A program made the translations under genes and the position numbers. From the NCBI GenBank assembly GCA_963749445.1, contig CAVVMJ010000007.1:9971-73970 (forward strand): a stretch of DNA of 64,000 bases, in the 5' to 3' direction. The notes beneath the pieces are model-generated. The model worked only from the letters and a program-made list of their open reading frames with translations, made no database searches and was not told the DNA's origin. Shown here one piece after another: positions 16,487 to 27,091 of the stretch (the stretch's first letter is position 1; every line of letters starts with the position of its first letter). Origin of the DNA: an uncultured bacterium. Its GTDB lineage: Bacteria > Patescibacteriota > Doudnabacteria > UBA920.

Positions 16487-18799
16487 TTAATCACCTTTGG
16501 TCAGCCTAATCCTAAAAAGAGATTTTAAATGGTTCTGATATAATTCCTTATATTTAAAAGCTTTTTTTGCATCTAGAATTATAATTTGTTTCAATTTGGC
16601 TGTATAAAAAAATCGCAGTAAACTTTGAAAGTCATACATGCTCCGCGGCAAGAAAAACTCCCTATCCGGATCAGCAGACTTTTGAGCCAAAGCTTTGCTA
16701 TAAGGATCAGCTACTTTCATACTTGGCCACTGCGAAAAAATGACGGTTTTTGCCTGCAATTGGGCCACCGGCTGGACCTGCTGGACGGAGCGCAAAAAAT
16801 TTAAAACCCCGCTGCTGCTTATTAAAAGCAAGCTGTCTTTATGGATACTGAAATTGCGGAACAGTCTGTTGCTTCCTCCGCCGCTGCGTTCAACCAATAA
16901 AAACGCGCGCTTTTTCAGTTCTCCGTAATATTCTTTGTAAAGCTTCGTAATTTCCGCCGGCGAGTCAAACACCATTACTGCCGGCAAGTCGGCTTTGCTT
17001 AAAATTTTGACGGGATTTGAATCGACGGCCGGCGTAATCCGGCAAATCGGCTGATGATGCAGAATTCCGACTAATTTGCTTCGTAATTTTTTTACCGGCC
17101 ATGGTATCAAAGAAAATTTCCCCATACCGAGGCGATTAATAAAATAGTCGAGCGCGACTTGTTCTCCTTGCGGTTCAATGACGCAAACCTTTTCAAAGCC
17201 TGAAAAACTTTTGCCAACGATGCCGCCAATATCTAGCGGCAAGGAATGGAAACTGCAGGAACGCTCCCCAAAACTTATCCATTTTACTTCCGTAGGCCTA
17301 TCCTCAAAAAAATCCTTGAGGTTACTGGCAAAGTCCGTGAGGCTTTGGAGCTTTAAACTTTGGTTTGCCGATGATAACTTTTCCGTAAAATTTTCCGCGG
17401 CACTCATAATCTTTAAAAATTCTTCGGAATTTCTTAATTCATCCGTTACGCTCACTTCGCCCCAGCCTTTGTTAAATTTTAACAATAGCGCGTTGGTCAA
17501 ACCAAAAAATAAATCCGCGTCCGAAAGCAATCGGCTGATAATATCTCTATATTCGGCATCGCCAAAGCCGGTTTCCGGATCGTAAACGGTTTTTAATAAA
17601 TAAGATAAAAAGCCCCAGCTGCTGCGCTGCCCAATAGTAGCCGTGATTACGGCCTCAAAATCACCAAGACCGATAACAATCAGGCCGCGCTGGCGGAATA
17701 GCTCGGAACTTTTCAATTCTAAAAAAGTTTGCTGGTCGCAACATAACACCCTATCGGGTAATTTCTCCGGCAGTTGCCGGCCTGAAACCAAACCCTGAAA
17801 CTGACCGCCGAAAAATGACAGATTCAAATCCAACAAGCACTCCGTTTGCCAATTTGTGGCCTGCCAAACCAAAAGCTTCATTAAAAACCTAGCCTGCTCC
17901 GGATTTTGGATGTCCTGATGAAGCAGTACTTCAAATTTTTGGCGGTCAAACATATGCCGCGGCTGGAAAATTCCCCGCGCCAAATTTTGCCGCCATGTTT
18001 CCAAAACCTGATAGCGCTTGGGTACCACAATCAGCAGTCGCTCGGCTGTCCGGCTGACAATTTGCCCGATAATATCCTCAACGGGAACAAAAGGGTCAAC
18101 GATGTAAACCGTTTTGTCCTGCATAACAACAGAGCCCAAGCGTGATTTAGCCACTGATATTTTTTTGACTGGTTTGGCTGGCTCTAATTTGTAGGGTTTG
18201 ATTTTTGCTTTTAACAAATCCGACCACGGAGCCTTGACGCGTTCCGCCAGTCCGGTAATCTGGGTCTTAGCTTCGTTGGGCAAACTTTGATAAACGCCGA
18301 GCAGCCGCTCCAGCAACTCCATGGATGCCATGGCGTCCGCCAAAGCGCGGTGCGCGTTTTTGTGCGAAATTTTAAAAATACTCGCCAAATTTTCCAAATT
18401 GTAACTATGATGCGTAGGCAGCAAAAACTGCACCAAGTCCATAGTGTCAATTACCGGCCCGAAAAATTTTATGCCGCACTTTTGCAAAAACTTAATGTCA
18501 AAACCCACGTTATGCCCAACTATCGCCGCCGTCCCCAGCTTCCCCTGCAAAAAAAACAGCTCGTCCGAAATCGCGCCGCCTTTTTCTAGGTCGGCTGATG
18601 TGAGTCCAGTCAGTCCCAAAACATGGTGCGACACCTCGCCCTTTGGCTTAAACACCCTGTCCCATTTTTCAACAATCCGAAATCCGAAATCCGAAATCCG
18701 AAATCCGGCTATCCCCACTTCCAAAATCTCATTGGTTACCGGGTCAAACCCGCTCGTCTCAATATCCAAGCTGTAATAAATTTTTTCTTGATTTGCCAT
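16487..18799 (-). CDS. DnaQ-like 3'-5' exonuclease domain protein with a large C-terminal domain of unknown function
   Basis: DEDDh motifs YYSLDIETSGFDP, GHNVGFDIKFL and HRALADA. No Walker A seen in the 600-aa C-terminal part. Start chosen at MANQEK (18799), which avoids overlap with the upstream gene. The track ORF extends to 18844. Confidence 0.55.
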   Translation of the reverse strand: MANQEKIYYSLDIETSGFDPVTNEILEVGIAGFRISDFGFRIVEKWDRVFKPKGEVSHHVLGLTGLTSADLEKGGAISDELFFLQGKLGTAAIVGHNVGFDIKFLQKCGIKFFGPVIDTMDLVQFLLPTHHSYNLENLASIFKISHKNAHRALADAMASMELLERLLGVYQSLPNEAKTQITGLAERVKAPWSDLLKAKIKPYKLEPAKPVKKISVAKSRLGSVVMQDKTVYIVDPFVPVEDIIGQIVSRTAERLLIVVPKRYQVLETWRQNLARGIFQPRHMFDRQKFEVLLHQDIQNPEQARFLMKLLVWQATNWQTECLLDLNLSFFGGQFQGLVSGRQLPEKLPDRVLCCDQQTFLELKSSELFRQRGLIVIGLGDFEAVITATIGQRSSWGFLSYLLKTVYDPETGFGDAEYRDIISRLLSDADLFFGLTNALLLKFNKGWGEVSVTDELRNSEEFLKIMSAAENFTEKLSSANQSLKLQSLTDFASNLKDFFEDRPTEVKWISFGERSCSFHSLPLDIGGIVGKSFSGFEKVCVIEPQGEQVALDYFINRLGMGKFSLIPWPVKKLRSKLVGILHHQPICRITPAVDSNPVKILSKADLPAVMVFDSPAEITKLYKEYYGELKKRAFLLVERSGGGSNRLFRNFSIHKDSLLLISSSGVLNFLRSVQQVQPVAQLQAKTVIFSQWPSMKVADPYSKALAQKSADPDREFFLPRSMYDFQSLLRFFYTAKLKQIIILDAKKAFKYKELYQNHLKSLFRIRLTKGD
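18675..18708. repeat. heptanucleotide tandem repeat (ATCCGAA)x4 plus partial, inside the exonuclease ORF
   Basis: Encodes GFRISDFGFRI in the N-terminal exonuclease domain. Confidence 0.85.
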
Positions 18800-18809
18800 A
18801 ATTGTTACT

Positions 18810-19547
18810 TTAGGCAGGTAAACTGATTTGCCAAAGCGCTTCAAATAAGTAACCCAAATTCTGGTTCAGCTCCGCGCTTTCAACAATCATGCCAAAATTT
18901 TCTTTTGTTGAAGAAATAATCCCAACTTTATCGTCATAGATATATAAGGTCATGGCAAAAATCATATTTGCTGGGGCGTAACGCAATAACCTTAATTCAG
19001 AAGGGTCGGTCGGCCAAGTTTCTTTTACATCTTTTTGCTTGCTTCTAACAACCCTCAAAGCATAACCTGATTTAATTCTCCGCGCAACATATTCTTTCAT
19101 AAATCTTTCGCCGGGGATTTTAAATAAGTCAACTATCGATAACACGCCTCTTATATTTTTGTCCGGGGTTGAAATTGTATCTTCTAAAACCGTTTTAATT
19201 CCCTCCACTCCTTCGTAAAAAGAAGTTTTCGGCTTAGACTTTAAAGTATTGTAAACAGACTTAAGTTCCGGCAACAAGCTGTCAAAAGTTCGTTGTTTTT
19301 CGGCCAAATTCCGTTTAATTTTTTCCGGGTCATTGGCGATATAATACCGGACTTTATGTTTTTCATATGCCCCCACTAATCCTTCTTCCGCGAGTTTTTC
19401 CAAAAGATCGTAGGCAGTCGGCCTGGCCACCTTGGCTCTCAAAGCAATCTCGTGGGCCTTGGCCTGCCCCATTTCCAAAAGCGCCAAATAAACCCGCGCT
19501 TTTTTATCGTCCAAACCGAATTCCTTTAAGTCTTCTTTTAATGCCAT
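18810..19547 (-). CDS. TrmB-family transcriptional regulator
   Basis: MALKEDLKEFGLDDKKARVYLALLEMGQAKAHEIALRAKVARPTAYDLLEKLAEEGLV winged-HTH plus TrmB-like C-domain. The track ORF extends to 19685. Confidence 0.65.
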   Translation of the reverse strand: MALKEDLKEFGLDDKKARVYLALLEMGQAKAHEIALRAKVARPTAYDLLEKLAEEGLVGAYEKHKVRYYIANDPEKIKRNLAEKQRTFDSLLPELKSVYNTLKSKPKTSFYEGVEGIKTVLEDTISTPDKNIRGVLSIVDLFKIPGERFMKEYVARRIKSGYALRVVRSKQKDVKETWPTDPSELRLLRYAPANMIFAMTLYIYDDKVGIISSTKENFGMIVESAELNQNLGYLFEALWQISLPA

Positions 19548-19569
19548 AAAATTGCGTTTACGATGCTTT

Positions 19570-19589
19570 TTTGATATTTGTCGAAACTT
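19570..19589. promoter_or_regulatory. perfect palindrome TGTCGAAACTTTTCGACA upstream of the TrmB-family gene (candidate operator)
   Basis: 18-bp palindrome 23 bp upstream of ATG 19547, in the divergent intergenic region shared with the 19719 gene. Confidence 0.35.
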
Positions 19590-19718
19590 TTCGACTACAT
19601 AAATATTATATAATAATGCCTTATTTATGTCAACTATTGATAATAAAACTGTTATTAGTCGAATATTATTAACATCGTACGACAAAACTGTTATGCTTGC
19701 AGATTATAAGGAGGAAGT

Positions 19719-20102
19719 ATGCGCTTTGAATCCCAACAGACTACACACGGTCTACCGACAGTTGCCATCGACGACTTCGAAAAGCTCGGCAAAGGAGAGC
19801 TTCTCTGGTTTTTCCTTTTACGGATACAACGCCGCTGGAGACCATGGACTAACCGACGTCTTATGAGAGTTAGCTCAGACAATGGTGTGGTGTTCGTCAA
19901 CAACTTTCTTAACAGATTGCCGAAAGAACTGATTTGCTCCGGGGGTGAGGGAACCCACGGTCTGATCTGCAAAGGTGATGACGGCAAAATAAACGTGCTC
20001 TTGGGCTCTTGGGGGCCAGAACTTTCACTCCCCCTTGCGAAACAGGCTGTTCAGTTGCTGTCCGAAGCCGGCCTACCAGCCAAAATCTTCGGAAAAGAAT
20101 AG
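19719..20102 (+). CDS. hypothetical protein (GC-richer, strong SD AAGGAGG)
   Basis: ATAAGGAGGAAGT-ATG. 127-aa ORF with no recognisable domain, divergent from the TrmB-family gene. Confidence 0.45.
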   Translation: MRFESQQTTHGLPTVAIDDFEKLGKGELLWFFLLRIQRRWRPWTNRRLMRVSSDNGVVFVNNFLNRLPKELICSGGEGTHGLICKGDDGKINVLLGSWGPELSLPLAKQAVQLLSEAGLPAKIFGKE

Positions 20103-20214
20103 CCTCCAATCCCTGCCGTCTGCCACTAAAAAACGCAAAACCGCCCCGGGCAACCTGTCCTCCGTAGCTTTATGCGGAGGAGGGATGCGAAGGGCGGTTG
20201 TTTTTTTATACATT

Positions 20215-20478
20215 TTACGGTTTATATTCCAGCCCAATCTTGGAGCCGGCTTTTGTAATCCAATTTTCTGTGGTCGTGACTCTGCTGTTTACAACCAAAA
20301 TTTCATCGGCATTTTTCTTTGTGCCAACCGCAAAGGATTCCACGGACGCTTGGAGGTTATTAAAATCCTTGCGCTGACCTTCAAACTTTTCATCCATTTC
20401 CAGCTTATCGTAAAATAACTGTTTGTTGGCCTCAATCACCTTATTCACAATTTTAGTTGTGTCTTCGTCGGTAATCAT
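20215..20478 (-). CDS. hypothetical protein
   Basis: 87-aa ORF, charged/helical, no domain recognised. Confidence 0.3.
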   Translation of the reverse strand: MITDEDTTKIVNKVIEANKQLFYDKLEMDEKFEGQRKDFNNLQASVESFAVGTKKNADEILVVNSRVTTTENWITKAGSKIGLEYKP

Positions 20479-20728
20479 ATACGCGGCTATTTATTTTTTG
20501 GTTTTTCGATTAAATGATGACTATTTAAAAATCTTATTACGGGCTTGCCGCAATTCAAACAAAAAGTTAAACTAGACAGTTTGCCCGGGGGAGCGACATT
20601 AACTTCCTTGTTATAATCTTTAATTTGCTTTTTACAAATATCACATTTTGTAACATGCATATGATTTTATTTTAAGGCTTGGGATAAAATCATAAACCCA
20701 AGAAAACTTTCCGTCAACTGTGGAAAAC

Positions 20729-21832
20729 TTATTCCGCCGCGTCTTCTTCCTCGGCCGGCTTGGCGGCCACAACGACTTCGCTTTCTTTGACGCGCTTACG
20801 CACTTCGGCATCTATTTCTTTAAAAACTTTGGGAGTTTCTTTAAGGAAAGCTTTGGCATTCTCGCGGCCCACGCCCAATTTAACGTCTTTGAACATAAAC
20901 GTGTTGCCGTTCTTTTCTATGGCGCCAATTAACACGCCGGTATCCAGCAAATCGCCGGAAGCGGAAATGCCTTCGTTGTACATAATGTCAAATTCCGTGG
21001 TGCGGAAAGGCGGCGCCACTTTGTTTTTGACGACTTTGACCTTAACGCGGTTGCCCACAACCTTGTCGCCGTTTTTGATTTGCGCCGACCGGCGGACTTC
21101 TATCCTGATTGAAGCGTAAAACTTAAGCGCGTTGCCGCCGGTGGTGGTTTCCGGATTACCGAACATCACGCCGATCTTCATACGGATCTGGTTAATGAAT
21201 ACCACGGTGGTCTGAGTTTTGCTGATGATAGCCGTAAGCTTGCGCAAAGCCTGCGACATTAGCCGCGCGTGCAAGCCCATATGGCTGTCGCCCATTTCGC
21301 CCTCAATTTCGTTGCGCGGGGTCAGCGCGGCCACGGAATCAATCACGATTAAATCCAAGCCGTTTGAGCGCACCAAAGTTTCGCAAATATCCAAAGCCTG
21401 CTCGCCGTTGTCCGGCTGGCTAATCAACAAATCTTCCAGTTTGACGCCGATGCGCTTGGCATACTCCGGATCCAGCGCGTGCTCGGCGTCTATAAACGCG
21501 GCGAGTCCCCCGCGCTTTTGCACTTCCGCGATCATATGCAAGGTCAAAGTGGTTTTGCCCGAACTTTCCGGACCGTAAATTTCAATGACGCGGCCTTTGG
21601 GAAAACCGCCCACGCCCAGAGCCAAATCCAAAGAAATGGAACCCGTGGGAATGGAAGCCACGTCCATAGTTCTGGAATCAGACAACTTCATGATGCTGCC
21701 AGCGCCGAACTTTTCCTGGATTTGGTCCATGGCGCTGGTCACGGCCTTCCATTTGCCTGTCTCGGGCTTAGCCGAGGAACCGGAATCCGCCGGCGCGGTT
21801 TTTGGTGTTGGTTTGGTCATAAATTTGCTCAA
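20729..21832 (-). CDS. recA: recombinase RecA
   Basis: [13 protein letters not shown] Walker [51 protein letters not shown]. Confidence 0.95.
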   Translation of the reverse strand: MSKFMTKPTPKTAPADSGSSAKPETGKWKAVTSAMDQIQEKFGAGSIMKLSDSRTMDVASIPTGSISLDLALGVGGFPKGRVIEIYGPESSGKTTLTLHMIAEVQKRGGLAAFIDAEHALDPEYAKRIGVKLEDLLISQPDNGEQALDICETLVRSNGLDLIVIDSVAALTPRNEIEGEMGDSHMGLHARLMSQALRKLTAIISKTQTTVVFINQIRMKIGVMFGNPETTTGGNALKFYASIRIEVRRSAQIKNGDKVVGNRVKVKVVKNKVAPPFRTTEFDIMYNEGISASGDLLDTGVLIGAIEKNGNTFMFKDVKLGVGRENAKAFLKETPKVFKEIDAEVRKRVKESEVVVAAKPAEEEDAAE

Positions 21833-22014
21833 ATTCTAATTTCTAAAGCCTAAAATCTAAACAATATTCAAATCCCAAATTTTCAAAGTTTAAACTGTTT
21901 GATATTTTGGGTTTTAGAGTTTGTTTAAAATTTAGCGTTTCGATTTTAGATTTTAATGATTACTTATATAGTATACAATCGTTCACCATATGTCAAATAA
22001 TCCCTGTGGATAAT

Positions 22015-22968
22015 TCACGGCGCGCTGCTGGTAGCGGTATTTTCCGCGGTAAACGGGATATCGGACAGCTGTTCGCCTCGGCGGCCGAGCGGCCCCAGGC
22101 GCTGGCCGTTCAAAGTGGCCGCGGTGGCGCCGGCATTGCTGGTGGAAATGACGATTTTATTCTGGCCCGTCAATGTTTTGACGTCGCCGGCATGAAAAGA
22201 AATCTGCTGAGACGGGCTGTTATCAATAGCGTAGGTTAAACTGCCGTCAGCGGAAAATTCCAATTTTAAACTGACCTGGTTGGGGGAGCTCGGCAAGTCC
22301 GCCTGGCCGATTACCGACATTTTTGCCGCAGCGGTTTTGCCCATCTTGTTATCGGCCACAATGTTAATTTCCTCAGGGCCTGGCTTTAAGCTGAGCTGGG
22401 TCTGAAAATTCCCGCCGCTGTCCACGAACACGCTCTGCCCGTTTACGGTCACGCTGGAGCCCGAATCGGTTTGGCCGCGCACGTTGACAAAAGAATCCTT
22501 AATAATTTGCCCGTCACGCGGCTGGAAAATTTCCAACGACGGAGTTTTATTAATGGATAAAACTTGCCAAACAATATAGAGCAATGTCAGGGCCACAAAC
22601 AAGCTGCCTACCGTGATGCTCAAAACTTTCGGCGTTATCACCAGCTTGCCAAAATGACGGCCCGCCCAGCTCTTACGGACAGCGGTGGAACGCTGCATTT
22701 GGTTGGCAATGGCCTTTTCTTTTTTGTACTGGCTGATCAGCGCCAAGCCGTCCACGGCATACAGTTCGGCCAGCTGGCGCAAAAATCCAAACACATAGAC
22801 ATCAGGAGGCAAAGCGTTAAACTCGCCGGCTTCTAAGGCCCGCAAAAATTCCAGTCTTATCCCAGTCTGCCCGGCGGCGGTCTCCACGGACAGCCCATGT
22901 CCGCTTCTTATGGCTGACAGATATTCGCTTAGGGTTTCGGCCTGGATTTTTTTCTTTTCAAAAGACAC
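22015..22968 (-). CDS. rodZ: RodZ-like protein (XRE-type HTH, TM anchor, C-terminal DUF4115-like domain)
   Basis: N-terminal HTH (LSVETAAGQTGIRLEFLRALE), single TM segment and beta-rich C-terminal domain. Confidence 0.5.
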   Translation of the reverse strand: MSFEKKKIQAETLSEYLSAIRSGHGLSVETAAGQTGIRLEFLRALEAGEFNALPPDVYVFGFLRQLAELYAVDGLALISQYKKEKAIANQMQRSTAVRKSWAGRHFGKLVITPKVLSITVGSLFVALTLLYIVWQVLSINKTPSLEIFQPRDGQIIKDSFVNVRGQTDSGSSVTVNGQSVFVDSGGNFQTQLSLKPGPEEINIVADNKMGKTAAAKMSVIGQADLPSSPNQVSLKLEFSADGSLTYAIDNSPSQQISFHAGDVKTLTGQNKIVISTSNAGATAATLNGQRLGPLGRRGEQLSDIPFTAENTATSSAP

Positions 22969-22974
22969 AAATTA

Positions 22975-23070
22975 ATTGAACAAGATTGACATGATTGATC
23001 AAGATTGACAAGATTGCCATTCCCAAATCATGCTCAATCTTTTAATTCTTTTAAATCTTGTCAATCTCTT
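22975..23070. repeat. direct and inverted repeats of CAAGATTGAC(A) in the intergenic region
   Basis: caagattgacatgattgatcaagattgacaagattgccat ... atcttgtcaatctc lies upstream of the rodZ-like start. Confidence 0.5.
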
Positions 23071-25276
23071 CTATTCCATACTCCGCCTTCTCATCCCGCG
23101 GCACTACCCCATAGACTTCCCTCGGTTTGGCTCCCTCGCCAGGGCCGATGATTCCTCTCCCTTCCAAAATATCCAAAACCCGCGCCGCGCGCGCGTAACC
23201 GATTTTCAAACGCCGCTGCAGCAGCGAGGCGCTGGCTTTGCCCGCGCGCCGCACTTCTGCTATGGCTTCTTCCAAAAGCGGCTCATCATCATCGCCTTCG
23301 CCTTCAAATCCGGGCACGCCAATTCCCCGCTTGGGCTTTTCCAATATCGCCTCATTATAAATAACCGCACCGGTCTGCTGCTTAAAAAAATCCACCACGC
23401 GCCTGACTTCTTTTTCGCCGACGAACGCGCCCTGGATACGCCGCGGCTTGTTGAATTCCGCGGAAATATAGAGCATATCGCCGTTGCCCAAAAGTTTTTC
23501 CGCGCCGCTACTGTCCAAAATGGTGCGGCTGTCAATCTGGCTGGCCACGGCAAAGGCAATGCGCGAGGTAATGTTGGCCTTAATCAAACCAGTGATAATA
23601 TCCACGGACGGGCGCTGGGTCGCCACCACCAAATGGATGCCCACGGCGCGCGCCATTTGCGCCAAACGCACAATGGCCGCTTCCACGTCGACCTGGGCCA
23701 CGGCCATCAAATCGGCCAACTCATCCACCAAAATCACAATGTACGGCAATTTCAAACTTATTGCTTCATTGTATTCAATGATGTTGCGCTTGTTGGCTTC
23801 GGACAAAAGTTTATAACGGCGGTCCATTTCGGCAACCGCCCACTTTAAGGCATTGACCGCTTTCTCATGGTCAATGACCACGGGCGTCAGCAAATGCGGG
23901 ATGCCGTTGTACAAATTCAGCTCCACCCTTTTGGGGTCAATGACAATAAATTTAACGTCCTGCGGCGTGTTGCGGTAAAGCAGCGAAATAAATAAAGAAT
24001 TGATGGCCACGCTCTTACCCGTGCCCGTGGCGCCGGCGATAAGCAAGTGCGGCATCTTGGCCAAGTCCGCCACCATGGGCCGGCCGGCCACGTCGCGGCC
24101 CAAAGCCATGGCCAGCTTGCTCTTGTGATCCACAAAATCTTTGGTCTGCATGACCTCGCGAAGGCGCACGATGGCCGTGGCTTTGTTAGGCACTTCAATG
24201 CCCACCAAGGCCTTGCCCGGGATCGGCAATTCCATGCGGATGCTGTGCGCGGCCAGGGCCAAAGCCAAATCGTTCTGCAAAGTGGCGATCTGCGACAATT
24301 TTACCCCCACTGTCGGCCGCAAAGTGTATTGCGTCACCGTAGGCCCGACATTAACCTCGCCCATTTCCACTTCAATGCCAAAATCCGCCAAAGTTTTTTT
24401 AATAATGGCCACATTGGCCTCAATGTTACCGCTGTCCACCGCGGTCTGGTTGTCATCCAACAAATCAAACGTCGGCAGTTTCCAGTCTTTGCGCTCCAGC
24501 GGCAGGGTTTCAATCTGCGGGCCTTTGGATTTTTGATTGGTGTTAATAACTGTGCCTTTGGGTTTTTCCGGCTCATCCTGTTCTTCCTCATCTCCAACAA
24601 TGGCCTGGTTTTTGCCGGCCACCTTTTCGCTCACAAACCCCTGCGTACCCATGGCATTAATCTTCAATGTAGGCAAAGCGGTTTGCGCGACCGCGGTTGA
24701 TTCGGCAGGCTCTTCTTTTGATTTAGAAAAGAACGCGCGCAGCGATATGTCAAAAGCAATTAAGATGCCAATGACCAATAAGGCAAATAGCACCAAACTG
24801 CCCGCCCAAAAACCCAAAAAATTATAGGCAGGCGAGGCAAAAATCGCGCCAAAATAACCGCCGGCGCGGCCCTGGGACGCCAAATCAAACGCGCTCGCGC
24901 CATTGCCCAAACTAAAAATATGGATTAACCCCGTAATGCCCCCAATCAGCAAAATCGCGCCAAGATAAGTCCGCGCATAAGCGCCGCGGTGCTCCAGCTG
25001 TTCATCCGTTTGCCGATAAAGCAGCACAGCCACCATAATCAAAAGCAGCGGCACAATGTAAACCATCACCCCGAACATTTGCGCCAAAAAGCCAAATAAA
25101 GACGCGCCGAAACTGCCGGCCAAATTTGCCAAACCGAGCAAACAAACAAGCGCCAAAACCACAAACACCACCACTACAATCCCGCGCTTGGTTTCGGCGG
25201 ATAAATTTAAAGTCGGCTTCTCGCGCCTTTTCTTGGCCTGCCTTTCTTCTTCCTTGTCTTTTTTGTTTCTCGCCAT
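23051..25276 (-). CDS. ftsK: DNA translocase FtsK/SpoIIIE
   Basis: N-terminal TM helices, GATGTGKSVAINSLFISLL Walker A, C-terminal gamma winged-helix. Confidence 0.9.
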   Translation of the reverse strand: MARNKKDKEEERQAKKRREKPTLNLSAETKRGIVVVVFVVLALVCLLGLANLAGSFGASLFGFLAQMFGVMVYIVPLLLIMVAVLLYRQTDEQLEHRGAYARTYLGAILLIGGITGLIHIFSLGNGASAFDLASQGRAGGYFGAIFASPAYNFLGFWAGSLVLFALLVIGILIAFDISLRAFFSKSKEEPAESTAVAQTALPTLKINAMGTQGFVSEKVAGKNQAIVGDEEEQDEPEKPKGTVINTNQKSKGPQIETLPLERKDWKLPTFDLLDDNQTAVDSGNIEANVAIIKKTLADFGIEVEMGEVNVGPTVTQYTLRPTVGVKLSQIATLQNDLALALAAHSIRMELPIPGKALVGIEVPNKATAIVRLREVMQTKDFVDHKSKLAMALGRDVAGRPMVADLAKMPHLLIAGATGTGKSVAINSLFISLLYRNTPQDVKFIVIDPKRVELNLYNGIPHLLTPVVIDHEKAVNALKWAVAEMDRRYKLLSEANKRNIIEYNEAISLKLPYIVILVDELADLMAVAQVDVEAAIVRLAQMARAVGIHLVVATQRPSVDIITGLIKANITSRIAFAVASQIDSRTILDSSGAEKLLGNGDMLYISAEFNKPRRIQGAFVGEKEVRRVVDFFKQQTGAVIYNEAILEKPKRGIGVPGFEGEGDDDEPLLEEAIAEVRRAGKASASLLQRRLKIGYARAARVLDILEGRGIIGPGEGAKPREVYGVVPRDEKAEYGIEEIDKI

Positions 25277-25406
25277 CTTTGTTGTTTCCCTTCTCCCCCT
25301 CTGGGGGAGATGTCCCGCCTTTGGCGGGACAGAGAGGGTGCATTAAATAAAATTAATCGATTATAATTTCTCGCCTCCCTATTTTACCATTTTTTTACCC
25401 GCCTTA

Positions 25407-26168
25407 CTAGCCTAAACTTTTCCAAATTAACTGGTACATCACCTTAACCACTTCCACTACCTCTTTGCTCTTTATTACCGCGGCAAAAGGCTTGTTTTCA
25501 AGATTCAAGATGGCCAGTTTGTCTTCATAAATAATAAAACCCGTTCCCACGCTTATTACCCCGGGCAAAATTTTCATTTCCCGCCACGGGGTTTTGGTTT
25601 TTTGCCATTCTTTCCCCAAAGCGAAAACCCCGGAATCCGTAATTATATAAATTTTTGGCCGGTCAGGATTGCCGCGCAAAGCCCAGGCCTCATTTAGGAT
25701 ATCCATTCTTTTTGATTTAACCAGTTTATCCAAAATTTTCGCGCCTGAGCCAAAAAAAAGCCAGGAAGTCGGGCACGCCGATATTTCCAAAGCGATATTT
25801 TTTAAGCCTTCCACCCCGGAATAAAAACTAACCTTTGGCTCTTCCGCGTATTGTTTAGGAAATTTAATAAGCCCGGGTAAAATACTTTCCAATAAAATTT
25901 CCGCATCAACAACCTGCCGCCGCATCCGCTTGGTCAGCTTTCCCAGCTTTTGCGGCTTTTCGGCTTCAAACAGCCTTTTCTTTCCGGCAAAACTTTCTAT
26001 AATCAACCCTTGTTTAATAAGATTCTCCAACGCCAAATAAACCGTCGGCCGCTTTATGCCTGACTGCTCCGATATTTGCCATGCCGATGAAGGCCCCAAA
26101 CTCAAAGCCGCCAAATAAACTTTGGCTTCGTGCTCACTTAACCCCAATTTTTGCAGTTCTTCTTCCAT
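25407..26168 (-). CDS. TrmB-family transcriptional regulator
   Basis: MEEELQKLGLSEHEAKVYLAALSLGPSSAWQISEQSGIKRPTVYLALENLIKQGLI plus TrmB C-domain. The track ORF extends to 26228. Confidence 0.65.
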   Translation of the reverse strand: MEEELQKLGLSEHEAKVYLAALSLGPSSAWQISEQSGIKRPTVYLALENLIKQGLIIESFAGKKRLFEAEKPQKLGKLTKRMRRQVVDAEILLESILPGLIKFPKQYAEEPKVSFYSGVEGLKNIALEISACPTSWLFFGSGAKILDKLVKSKRMDILNEAWALRGNPDRPKIYIITDSGVFALGKEWQKTKTPWREMKILPGVISVGTGFIIYEDKLAILNLENKPFAAVIKSKEVVEVVKVMYQLIWKSLG

Positions 26169-26329
26169 ATATATTTTGTCATCAAATTCTGACAACAATA
26201 ATATAACATAATCATTCAATGTTTGCAAGCAAGTTAATCCAATTTATATGAATTAGTCATAAAATATTGATCATAAATTCAATCGTATGGAATAATGACT
26301 AGTTGTAAACCTTAAGGAGGAAGAAAAAA

Positions 26330-27091
26330 ATGGAAATAAAGGAAATCTGCGAAGCGTACTCCGCGAGTGATGACGTCGCGTTGTTGAAAGCTTTGAACGA
26401 ATTCAGCCTTCGGCTGTCTTATTCTTGCCATTCGATTGGGCCAGCCGCCACGGCAATGCAGTTGCGCGAAACTCATCTGCTTGGGATCTTAAACAAGACC
26501 GCGGCTGAGGCAGAAGATAAGCCGGGGGGGTCTTTAGCTTTGGTAGTTGGACGCCTCTCCGCTTACATCCATTTTGTTGGACTAATCGCTGACCGTGAGC
26601 GTGTAGATTCGGTGGTCGCCCAGCTGTCTGATCTCCCTAACGCCGACTTGACTAACTTTTTCCTCAGAAATAGCTTCTGCCAAGGAGGACTGCGTCGTGA
26701 ACAGTTAGTTTACGCAGCCGCACGCTTTATCAAAGTCAAGGACGTTTTGGCGAGGTCTCGGTTCAGGCAACTTTTACGGATGGAGATGATTGAGTCATTC
26801 AAGGTGTACGAGACGCTGGAGGCGCAAGCGGAGGATCGGGCAGTGTTGCATTACAAGATAACCCATCTTGGCGAGGCAGTCCTGGAGCGCCTCATGCACC
26901 CGCACGAACTTGCGCTGTGGTTTGTAGATGAAGCGGCGTTTAATCCAGAACTGCGCGCCGCGATGAGGAACGAGATTAAACACACGTGGCCACTGGAAGA
27001 CCTGACGGTGCCTGACGCGGAACTACGCGCCATAACCGCAAGGCGGGATGAGATTAAACGCAAATGGTCATCAGATGAGCCGTCCGTCTGA
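26330..27091 (+). CDS. hypothetical protein (GC-richer, strong SD AAGGAGG)
   Basis: TTAAGGAGGAAGAAAAAA-ATG. 253 aa with no recognisable domain, divergent from the TrmB-family gene. Confidence 0.45.
   Translation: MEIKEICEAYSASDDVALLKALNEFSLRLSYSCHSIGPAATAMQLRETHLLGILNKTAAEAEDKPGGSLALVVGRLSAYIHFVGLIADRERVDSVVAQLSDLPNADLTNFFLRNSFCQGGLRREQLVYAAARFIKVKDVLARSRFRQLLRMEMIESFKVYETLEAQAEDRAVLHYKITHLGEAVLERLMHPHELALWFVDEAAFNPELRAAMRNEIKHTWPLEDLTVPDAELRAITARRDEIKRKWSSDEPSV

Noticed and set aside
22975-23070. CAAGATTGAC repeats as a mobile element
   Set aside because: The repeats are only three or four short direct or inverted copies in a single spacer. A regulatory site for the rodZ-like gene or ftsK is the more likely explanation.
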